From an uncultured Bacilli bacterium (GTDB taxonomy: Bacteria; Bacillota_I; Bacilli_A; RF39; UBA660), in contig CALVVR010000002.1 of assembly GCA_944363915.1 (NCBI GenBank), forward strand, positions 1 to 60,154: a stretch of DNA of 60,154 nt. The letters run 5' to 3'. The position numbers and the translations under genes are program-made. The notes beneath the pieces are model-generated. The model saw only the letters and a program-made list of their open reading frames with translations, was not told where the DNA came from and did not search any database. Shown piece by piece: positions 16,973 to 25,304 of this stretch. Each line of letters begins with the position of its first letter. Position 1 is the stretch's first letter.

Positions 16973-17823
16973 GTTACACCTCCTTTCATACCACAATATT
17001 TATTGCAATTTTTTGTTCTATGTATAGGACAACCACCAAAACACATATCAAATTTTTCACAAAAATTTTTTGGCATATAATCTTTATATAAATTATTAAA
17101 AATATCGTTTAGATTGTAATCTTTAATATTATATTTATAATTTGTTTTTTCTTTATAACAGAGTTTTCCATACCCTTCAACATCTATGCATAACAAACAT
17201 ATAAATCCCGGACAGATTCCTTGTAAATTTTCATATCTAATTGCTGCACATGGCATATCATATAACACCTTTAATGGAAAATTATTTTTTAACAAACTTA
17301 AGTTATTTGCTAATTCCCAATAATCTTTTACAATTATATTATTTTTTATATTTATATTAAAAATATAAGGCATTCTCTCGATTAATGGTTTTAACTTATA
17401 CTTAAAATCATCAATATTACTTATTTCATTAATAAAAATAATATCGTTACAATCTGTTTTAAAATTTTCATATAAACTATTAATATATTCTTCTTCTATT
17501 TTATTTATAACAAATCTGAATTGATTTATTTTATCTTTCATACTAAGTAAATTATTATTTTTACTCATTCCTTTTATTGTTAAAGAAATGCTTTTATTCA
17601 TTTTTTTTAATATAGTAACTACTTGATCTAACAAATCCACATTTATATTTTTACTATTTATAACAATAGATATCATTTTTGTTTCAGCATCTATTTTATT
17701 AGTTATTTCAAATATTGTTTTCTTTGAAACGTGTTTTGTTTTATTATTAAACTCGATTTCCAGCATATATAGTTTCCTATACTTCAAAACAAGAAATTTA
17801 TCTTGTAAACAAATATCTGACAA
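16969..17823 (-). CDS. SPASM-domain protein lacking the radical SAM cluster and GGE motifs (rSAM pseudoenzyme)
   Basis: The N-terminus aligns to the rSAM paralogs but reads EITNKIDAETKMI where they have EITN.C...C..C. The C-terminus is Cys-rich (PCAA..GICPGFICLLC..GKLC, then FCEKFDMCFGGCPIH..NCNKYCG). TTG start at 17823 lies 6 nt after AGGTGA; an alternative ATG is 19 codons downstream. Confidence 0.75.
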   Translation of the reverse strand: MSDICLQDKFLVLKYRKLYMLEIEFNNKTKHVSKKTIFEITNKIDAETKMISIVINSKNINVDLLDQVVTILKKMNKSISLTIKGMSKNNNLLSMKDKINQFRFVINKIEEEYINSLYENFKTDCNDIIFINEISNIDDFKYKLKPLIERMPYIFNINIKNNIIVKDYWELANNLSLLKNNFPLKVLYDMPCAAIRYENLQGICPGFICLLCIDVEGYGKLCYKEKTNYKYNIKDYNLNDIFNNLYKDYMPKNFCEKFDMCFGGCPIHRTKNCNKYCGMKGGVT

Positions 17824-18214
17824 TTTTGATCACCTACTTTTTTGTTATTAAATCAATTTCTAATATTTCCTACTAAATTCTTTTATCTTTCTTTTAATTC
17901 AACTGGACTTTATCTATCTCTTGGTCCATATGACAAATCATCAGTAACATTCTAATTCTATATTTATTTTGTAATACATAATCTACTGGGACATATTCAT
18001 CAAAACACCTTCAATTATTATCATATTTATTATTTAGGGCAGAATAGAAACATAATAATATTTGTAAAGTATTGATTTCTAGCATTTGTTTTTTTACATG
18101 GTTAATAATTAATTCACCAATTAGTTTTATCATACTAAAAAATTTAAACAATATTTTACTACTTAACAAAAATGTCAATAGCTTCATAATTAAAAATTAA
18201 TATCTAAAATACAT

Positions 18215-20155
18215 CTAAGGCTGATTATTTAGATCAATTCTTTGGCAATCTTTTACTGTGTATTCTTCATTAGTTCTTGAATCGTATACATATGTTACCA
18301 TTTGTGATTTATTTATTTCCTCTTCTTTTTTAGTAAATATCTTTTCTATCTTTTCTTTTACCTGTTCTTTGTTAAATGGCTTTGATATGTAATCGACAAA
18401 TCCTTCTTTTATATATTTTTCTCTTGCCCCTGATACCGCATCAGCTGTTAAAGCTATTACTGGCGTTTTAAATTCTGGATTTTCTTTTAATTTTGCTAAA
18501 GCACTTTCGCCACTCATAACAGGCATCATAATATCCATCAATATTAAATCATATTCTTTTTCTTTTACTTTTTCTAAACACTCTAACCCATCATGACATT
18601 CTTCTATTGCAAAATTAAAATCTTGTAATGCTTTGATTGCTACTTTGATGTTTAATTTATTATCATCGACTATCAAGATCTTTTTGCCTGATAAATCTTT
18701 TTGGTTTTCAATCGGTAACGCATTTATATCTATCTTCTCACTTTGATGCTTACTTATTTTTTGTGGTAAATAAACGATGAATATAGATCCTTTGCCAAAC
18801 TGACTTTGAACGTTTATCTTACCGCCCATCATCTCTACTAATGATTTAGTAATAGCTAGTCCCAATCCTGTTCCTTCAGTCGTGGAATTCATCTCAACAT
18901 CTAATCTTTCAAATTTAGTAAATAATTTATTTATATTTTCTGCTTTTATCCCTCTTCCTGTATCTTGAACGCTTATAATTAATTTACATATATCTTTTTC
19001 ATTAATACACTTTACACTTAATGTTATATTCCCTTGCTCAGTATATTTAATAGCGTTTGACAGTAAATTGTTTACTACTTGTTTTATATGGATTTTATCT
19101 CCTATTAATTCTTCTGGTATATCTGGTGCTATATCAAGTTTAAACTCAATTGGTTTATCTTTTATTCTAGTTGTTGTTACCTTACAAAGCGATATTATTT
19201 CTTCTTTTAAGTTATATGGTTTAGTTATGATTTCCATCTTTTCTGATTCGATCTTATTTATATCTAAAATATTACCCACTATTTCCAATAATGTCTGTGA
19301 AGCATTTAGAATGTCAGTTATATCTAAAGCAACTTCGTTTGGCACTTGATCTTTATAACTCGCAATATCTTCGCTTAAACCAACGATAGCATTTAATGGC
19401 GTTCTGATCTCATGAGACATACTACTTAAAAAATCACTTTTGGCTCGATTTGCTTTTTCTGCCATATCTTTAGCTAATGTCATCTGTTGTAACATCTTAA
19501 CATCTGGGTTTTCGATTGTAAAATACATTATCAATACTGCAATAGCATGTGACGGAATTAACAATAACAAATCATGATATTTAATTTGAACAATAACACT
19601 TATAATTGCAAGAAATATTCCGATAAAAATTGGTAACGATTTTTTAGTCTTTAGCGTTTTAAATCTGAGTATACTAAGAATTGCCACAAATAAAATTCCA
19701 ATTCCACCAATAAAATACGAAAAATTTGTCGCTGGCCCAACTGGATATAAGAAATTATCTGAATTTGAATAATTAAATGGTAAAAACGAGATAATTATTG
19801 CAAAAACAAAATAAATTATCGTTTCAACAATTACAAAATTTTTAAAAATTTTACTTTCATTTTTTAATGCAAAACAGGCAGCAAAAACATACATTATGAA
19901 AAAGTACATAAAAACAACATAATATAAAAATATTACTCTCCCTAACACATATATTATCGAAGAATCAATACTTTGACCATTTAAAACCAAATAATATGTA
20001 AAAAACTCTAATAATAATCCTATCATCGATGAAAAGGACAAAAACTTAAAGCAACGATTATCAATATTATCTATTCTTTCCTTAGTGTTAAAGTCTATTA
20101 TTAATATCAGAATTACCACGATAAAACAGACACTTGCCGTAAGGTTTATATACAT
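18215..20155 (-). CDS. Hybrid sensor histidine kinase / response regulator with a multi-TM N-terminal sensor
   Basis: About 6-7 predicted TM helices, HisKA SHEIRTPLNAI, HATPase (N-box NAIKYT, GTGLGLAI) and a C-terminal receiver (ILIVDDN...LILMDIMMP...K). ATG at 20155 after GGAGAG; the ORF-track start at 20170 has no RBS. Confidence 0.9.
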   Translation of the reverse strand: MYINLTASVCFIVVILILIIDFNTKERIDNIDNRCFKFLSFSSMIGLLLEFFTYYLVLNGQSIDSSIIYVLGRVIFLYYVVFMYFFIMYVFAACFALKNESKIFKNFVIVETIIYFVFAIIISFLPFNYSNSDNFLYPVGPATNFSYFIGGIGILFVAILSILRFKTLKTKKSLPIFIGIFLAIISVIVQIKYHDLLLLIPSHAIAVLIMYFTIENPDVKMLQQMTLAKDMAEKANRAKSDFLSSMSHEIRTPLNAIVGLSEDIASYKDQVPNEVALDITDILNASQTLLEIVGNILDINKIESEKMEIITKPYNLKEEIISLCKVTTTRIKDKPIEFKLDIAPDIPEELIGDKIHIKQVVNNLLSNAIKYTEQGNITLSVKCINEKDICKLIISVQDTGRGIKAENINKLFTKFERLDVEMNSTTEGTGLGLAITKSLVEMMGGKINVQSQFGKGSIFIVYLPQKISKHQSEKIDINALPIENQKDLSGKKILIVDDNKLNIKVAIKALQDFNFAIEECHDGLECLEKVKEKEYDLILMDIMMPVMSGESALAKLKENPEFKTPVIALTADAVSGAREKYIKEGFVDYISKPFNKEQVKEKIEKIFTKKEEEINKSQMVTYVYDSRTNEEYTVKDCQRIDLNNQP

Positions 20156-20228
20156 CAAACCACTCTCCATATTTTTTATTAATGTATACTATGTAATCTA
20201 CTAACAATGATAAGTATCAATTAAACTA

Positions 20229-22115
20229 TCATCTCACCAATTTTTTTGTCTTTGTTTTTATTTCGTTAATATTAACGATTCCACTCGACGTTTTCCCAGA
20301 TTTAGAATATTTCTTCTTAACAAATGTAAAGTTGTCATTTGGAAAATAATATGAATCATAATCATTTTTTAATAATTGATAATCTCTTTTACCTGTCACT
20401 TCACTCACTTCAAAACTGTCATATATTTTAATTCCATCTAAATTATACTTTTCGCACAAATATTTTATTACTTCATCTTCTTTACCAATGAATTCGTTTT
20501 TTAAAACGACTTGTCCTACTACATCGTATTTACCATAATCAGTTTTAAAAGCAGTAATTTCCCATTCGATAATTGGATCTTCTAATGATAAAGAATATTC
20601 TATATCAAATAAATATTTTGTTTGGCCGTTTTCATCAACATAAGAATCTGACGAACGTCCTAACATGCTATATGAATCGTCTTCATTTTGAATCGCAATA
20701 TCTCCTAAATCGGCCCATCTAATACCGTTTTCATCATAATAATAGTAATTATCGGTGGCCTTTTTGTTATTTAAATATCTGTTAGCTGAAGCGGCACTGC
20801 TTATATGAATAATTCCTCTTTCTCCCTTTTTGACCTCTTTTCCAGTAATAGGATCTACAATTTTTACAAACACTCCTGGTATAGGATATCCTGTTTCGTT
20901 TGTCTTGGTTTCGGGGTTTAATTCATAACTTGTCAAAGCACTTGAACCAACCTCGCCAGATCCTCCACCGATTGCAATCTTTTCTTTACAACCAGCTCTT
21001 TTTAACCAGTCGTTTATTAAATAAACATTACTTTTAGTTATTGGTTCACCGCCTGAACATGGTCTTGATAATGATGAAAGTTCACCAGGCTTAATGTTGT
21101 TTTGTGCAACGGCTTCTAAATAAAAACTGGCCGCTGACAATGTATGATTTATATTAAAATCTCTTAAATCTGTCGCAAATGTTCTCTTATCGTATATTGG
21201 TTGTAAAACCAACGTTTTTCCCTTTGCCATCTGAAGAAATATAGCATAAAACATTCCAGTTGCGTGTGAAGGTGGTATTACAACTAACGAACGTTCACCA
21301 ACAAAATCCCTCAAATTTAATCCTTTATGCATTTCTATAATAGCATTAGGTGATTGCTCACTAAAAACTATACATTTTGGTGCGCCTGTCGTCCCACTAG
21401 TATAAGAATAAATCGAATCTTTTTCAATATCAACTTTGGGATAAATAACTTCATTTCTATTATCTTTACCAGCCTTTATAATTTCACTCATTTTTATAAA
21501 ATTAACATTTTTTAAATTTCGTATTTCTTTGATACAAGCAGAAAGCTGATCTTTGTCTTTTAGCACTTCCCTTATTTTTGATGGTAATTTTGATAAATCA
21601 TTAAAGTATGTTTTCTGTTCTTCTGGTAAATAATCATTTAAAGATGTTAAAATAACATTTTTTATATTAGCGTTTCTTATCTTATCTACTATCAATGGTA
21701 AATAAACGTCTAAAATTATTAATGTATGTGAATTTTTTTTAAGAGTATATCTAGCTAGGTCATTTCTTAAAAACAAAAAGTTAACATTGTTACTAATTAC
21801 TCCTAAGTTACAAGTCGCAAATAAAGATAAAATGTATTCATTACTAACTGGCATACTCATAGTTACTACTGAATCTTTTTTTATTCCAAGACTATCAAAT
21901 CCTTTAGCATACTCAGCAACTACTTTGGGTAATTGACCATAAGTTATTTTATTGCCAAAATATTCTAATGCAGTCGTATTTAAATTATGTTGGTTCCATG
22001 ACATAATATTTTGAAAGGTATTGATGTTATACAAATCGATACCATTAATTGTTTTTACTTTTTTTGAGTTACTTGGTAATTCTCTTGTTAATTTATATGT
22101 CGGTATTTTTTCCAT
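20229..22115 (-). CDS. AMP-dependent synthetase/ligase (ANL superfamily) with a ~100-aa C-terminal extension
   Basis: YSYTSGTTGAPK AMP-binding motif, GGGSGE.G and downstream ANL core features. GGGGGA RBS. Own extended -10 promoter (TGTTATAAT) in 22116-22322. Confidence 0.85.
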   Translation of the reverse strand: MEKIPTYKLTRELPSNSKKVKTINGIDLYNINTFQNIMSWNQHNLNTTALEYFGNKITYGQLPKVVAEYAKGFDSLGIKKDSVVTMSMPVSNEYILSLFATCNLGVISNNVNFLFLRNDLARYTLKKNSHTLIILDVYLPLIVDKIRNANIKNVILTSLNDYLPEEQKTYFNDLSKLPSKIREVLKDKDQLSACIKEIRNLKNVNFIKMSEIIKAGKDNRNEVIYPKVDIEKDSIYSYTSGTTGAPKCIVFSEQSPNAIIEMHKGLNLRDFVGERSLVVIPPSHATGMFYAIFLQMAKGKTLVLQPIYDKRTFATDLRDFNINHTLSAASFYLEAVAQNNIKPGELSSLSRPCSGGEPITKSNVYLINDWLKRAGCKEKIAIGGGSGEVGSSALTSYELNPETKTNETGYPIPGVFVKIVDPITGKEVKKGERGIIHISSAASANRYLNNKKATDNYYYYDENGIRWADLGDIAIQNEDDSYSMLGRSSDSYVDENGQTKYLFDIEYSLSLEDPIIEWEITAFKTDYGKYDVVGQVVLKNEFIGKEDEVIKYLCEKYNLDGIKIYDSFEVSEVTGKRDYQLLKNDYDSYYFPNDNFTFVKKKYSKSGKTSSGIVNINEIKTKTKKLVR

Positions 22116-22322
22116 AAAAATCGTCCCCCTAAACTTTTTTCAATGAAAGTTACACAGAGTAATTATAACATAGAAACTTTTTTACTCTATTTTTGTGTTT
22201 TAAACATCAAATTGAACGCTTTAATTATAAAATATTTGTATGAAACATAGATTTTTATGTCTGTTTTGATATGATTCTTACCCTTTATATAGAATATTAT
22301 AAAATCAGACATCAAAAAAAGA

Positions 22323-24074
22323 CTATTCTAAAATAGCCTTTATTCTTCTAACCCCTGCACTACTAGCTTCTTCTTTAATGATTTTAAATTTACCTAATTC
22401 TTTAGTATTTTTAACATGTGGACCACCACATAATTCTTTAGAAATATCGCCAATACTATAAACAGTTACAATATCAGGATATTTTTCAATGAACATACAT
22501 TCAGCTCCAGATTTTAATGCTTCTTCCTTACTCATTTCAGTTACTGTTACGTCTAGTCCTTCATTAATCCATTTATTAACTAGATCCTCTGTTTTTTGCT
22601 TTTCTTCATCAGTTAATTTATGATCACATGAAAAGTCAAAACGCATTCTTTCGCTAGTAATATTACTTCCTTTTTGATGGACATTTTTATCAACTACAAT
22701 TTTTAAAGCTGCGTTTAACAAATGCGTAGCAGTGTGGTATTTTATTTCTTTTTCAGAGTCACCAGCTAAGCCACCTTTAAATTTACCACTAGAAGACGTT
22801 CTTGATAATTCTTGATGAGCTTTAAACTTTTCTTTAAAACCTTCAACATCGACGTTAATTCCTTGTTCACTAGCTAATTCAACAGTTAACTCAATTGGGA
22901 AACCATATGTATCATATAATTTGAAAGCTAAATCTTTATTTAATGTTTTAGTATCTAAATGACTAGTTATTTTTTCAAATTCTTTTAAACCTTTAGCTAA
23001 TGTTTTATTAAACTTAATTTTTTCATTAGTTAATCCTTCTAAAATAGCTTCTTTATTTTTAGTTAATTCTGGATAATATTTTGCATATTCTTCAATTATC
23101 ATATTAGCAATAATGACTTCCCAATTACTATTTTCATCAATCTCTAATTTTTTAGCATGTCTAATTGCTCTTCTAATTAATCTTCTTAAAATATATCCTT
23201 GATCAGTATTAGATGGTTTAATACCTGCTTCATCACCTAAGATAAATACAGCTGTTCTGATATGATCAGCAATAATACGCATACTAGTTGGATTTTCTTC
23301 ATAACTATATTTAGATAATTCTTCTATTTTTTTAATAATATTGATCCATACACTTGATAAATAATTATCATCAACGCCTTCTAAAACAGCAACTACTCTT
23401 TCATATCCCATACCTGTATCAACGTTTTTTTGAGGAAGTTCTGTTATATTTCCATTACTATCTTTATAAAATTCCATAAAAACATTGTTCCATATTTCAA
23501 CCCATCTATCATCTTTGGGATCAAATTTTTGAGGTATTTCGTCATTACTCCTAAAATAAAATATTTCTGTATCTGGACCACATGGACCAGTTTCCCCAGC
23601 AATCCAAAAATTATCTTCTTTTCCTAAATAAGCGATTCTATCTTCACTTATTCCTAAACTTTTCCAAGTTTTGGCTGAAACATCATCACGAGGTATTTTC
23701 CCTTCACCAGCAAAAACAGTTACAGCTAATCTTTCTAAAGGAATATTTAATACTTTGGTTAAAAATTCAAAACTATAACCAATACTTTCTTTTTTAAAAT
23801 AATCACCTAATGACCAATTACCTAACATTTCAAAAAAAGTATGATGTGTTTTATCGCCAATACTATCTAAATCATTAGTTCTAATACATTTTTGATAATC
23901 GACCAATCTTTTTCCATAAGGATGAGGTTGCCCCATTAAATATGGAATCAAAGGTTGCATACCAGCAGTATTAAATAAAACGGAAGGATCATTTTCCGGT
24001 ACAACTGGCGCTGACGGAATTTGCTTATGTCCTTTACTTACAAAAAAATCTATATATAAATCTTTAAGATTCAT
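22323..24074 (-). CDS. alaS: Alanine--tRNA ligase, short form ending after the editing domain
   Basis: N-terminal class II AlaRS motifs (F..KGH...PS..VVP.NDP..LF.NAGM) and editing-domain HTATHLL and CGGPHV. Terminates at ..GVRRIKAILE with no C-Ala domain. ATG at 24074 after GAGGGTGA. Confidence 0.9.
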   Translation of the reverse strand: MNLKDLYIDFFVSKGHKQIPSAPVVPENDPSVLFNTAGMQPLIPYLMGQPHPYGKRLVDYQKCIRTNDLDSIGDKTHHTFFEMLGNWSLGDYFKKESIGYSFEFLTKVLNIPLERLAVTVFAGEGKIPRDDVSAKTWKSLGISEDRIAYLGKEDNFWIAGETGPCGPDTEIFYFRSNDEIPQKFDPKDDRWVEIWNNVFMEFYKDSNGNITELPQKNVDTGMGYERVVAVLEGVDDNYLSSVWINIIKKIEELSKYSYEENPTSMRIIADHIRTAVFILGDEAGIKPSNTDQGYILRRLIRRAIRHAKKLEIDENSNWEVIIANMIIEEYAKYYPELTKNKEAILEGLTNEKIKFNKTLAKGLKEFEKITSHLDTKTLNKDLAFKLYDTYGFPIELTVELASEQGINVDVEGFKEKFKAHQELSRTSSSGKFKGGLAGDSEKEIKYHTATHLLNAALKIVVDKNVHQKGSNITSERMRFDFSCDHKLTDEEKQKTEDLVNKWINEGLDVTVTEMSKEEALKSGAECMFIEKYPDIVTVYSIGDISKELCGGPHVKNTKELGKFKIIKEEASSAGVRRIKAILE

Positions 24075-24726
24075 TCTTATCACCCTCTATTACTTCAATA
24101 AATTTATCAACAACTTCATCAATTGTCATATTAGTTGAATCGATATAAACTTGTTCATCAGTTCTTTTTAAAGCTCCAACTTCTTTATGCATATCGTTAT
24201 AATCACGAGATTTGATATTTTCATAAACTTCATCATAAGTCATATCAATACCTTTTTCTTTATTTTGTTTAATTCTTCTTGCAACTCTTTCTTCTAATGA
24301 AGCGTCCAAATAAAATTTGTATTTAGCATTGGGAAAAACAACAGTTGTTATATCTCTACCTTCCATGACAACATCATAATCACTAGCCATTTTTCTTTGT
24401 AAATCAACCATATTTTCTCTTACTTCGACAATGCTAGAAATTGGTGAAACAATATTAGTTACTTCTTTACTTCTAATTTCATCAGTAACATCTTCACCGT
24501 TTAAATAAACTTTATTATCTAAATCAATTTTAATATTAATTTCACTAGATAATTTTATTATTTCTTCTTTATCATCTAAAGATAAATTGTTACGTAAACA
24601 AGCTAAAGCCACACAACGATATGTTGCTCCTGTATCAATATTTACTAAATTACATTTTTTCGATAATATACTAGCGATAGTTCCTTTACCACTACCAGCT
24701 GGCCCATCAATAGCTACTACTCTCAT
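24064..24726 (-). CDS. cmk: Cytidylate kinase
   Basis: IAIDGPAGSGKGT P-loop and ..IDTGA.YR motif. Confidence 0.92.
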   Translation of the reverse strand: MRVVAIDGPAGSGKGTIASILSKKCNLVNIDTGATYRCVALACLRNNLSLDDKEEIIKLSSEINIKIDLDNKVYLNGEDVTDEIRSKEVTNIVSPISSIVEVRENMVDLQRKMASDYDVVMEGRDITTVVFPNAKYKFYLDASLEERVARRIKQNKEKGIDMTYDEVYENIKSRDYNDMHKEVGALKRTDEQVYIDSTNMTIDEVVDKFIEVIEGDKNES

Positions 24727-25260
24727 TTAAGATACCTCCTTTAAAATATTTATAATTTGTTTTTTTAAATCTTCTATATCTTTGTTTTCAACTACATAAT
24801 CAAAGTTTTGATAATCATCTAAATTAGTTTCAGTAATATGTTTTCTTTGTTCTTCAGTTAAATTATTACTATCTTTATTAATTCTGATTGTTATACAGTT
24901 AAATATTTTTTTAGGTTCTTCGATTTCTTCAATTAATCTTGCATCAGTTACAATAATAACATCATAAAAATAACTGTAAACTTTAATATCTTCGATTACT
25001 CTTCTAATTAATAAATTTTGATCTATTTTTTTTAATAAGTCTATTCCTAATGATTGCAATAAATCGCGTGGTTTATTTTCTTCACTACCATCCCAATTAG
25101 TTATTTTTTTTACATATTGTTTTAAATAGTAAGCATAGGACAATTGAATACATTTTTTGTCGCTATAATATTTTTCAATAATATCGGCTATCAAATTTTT
25201 ACCGCTTTTAGCTTTACCTGATAAAATAAATATTTTTGGATTTTTATTATTATATTGCAC
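24727..25260 (-). CDS. P-loop kinase-like protein (dNMP kinase-like)
   Basis: Walker A GKAKSGKN near the N-terminus, ~177 aa. Abuts cmk with no gap. GTG start after GGTGAT. Function is inferred only from the P-loop and size. Confidence 0.5.
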   Translation of the reverse strand: MQYNNKNPKIFILSGKAKSGKNLIADIIEKYYSDKKCIQLSYAYYLKQYVKKITNWDGSEENKPRDLLQSLGIDLLKKIDQNLLIRRVIEDIKVYSYFYDVIIVTDARLIEEIEEPKKIFNCITIRINKDSNNLTEEQRKHITETNLDDYQNFDYVVENKDIEDLKKQIINILKEVS

Positions 25261-25304
25261 GACTAATCACCATAAATAGTATACCATAAATTAAAGAAAA
25301 AAGA

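Noticed and set aside
17894-18133. 80-codon minus-strand frame upstream of the rSAM operon (MIKLIGELIINHVKKQMLEINTLQILLCFYSALNNKYDNN-TGA-RCFDEYVPVDYVLQNKYRIRMLLMICHMDQEIDKVQLN). Considered as a regulator, a second precursor, or a TGA-recoded gene.
   Set aside because: It has no RBS before the ATG, an in-frame TGA and no recognisable domain. It is probably non-coding promoter/leader DNA or a decayed remnant. Other short ORFs in 17824-18214 (11-18 codons) also lack an RBS.
11545-18133. In-frame TGA codons in the IS-like remnant and the 17.9-18.1 kb frame suggested Mollicutes-type code 4 (TGA = Trp), either for the genome or for the donor of the island.
   Set aside because: Many conserved genes here end precisely at TGA, including the ATGA-coupled junctions (ttcA, rSAM-2, PqqD, the SPASM-only gene). 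TGG is used for conserved Trp residues. The remnant also contains TAA and TAG stops, so decay is the simpler explanation.
22116-22322. Searched the island borders (also 11408-11527) for an integrase, tRNA/tmRNA attachment site, or direct repeats marking an integrative element.
   Set aside because: None found. This interval contains only a promoter-like extended -10 for the ligase gene and weak hairpins. The island call therefore rests on the synteny break and the IR remnant only.
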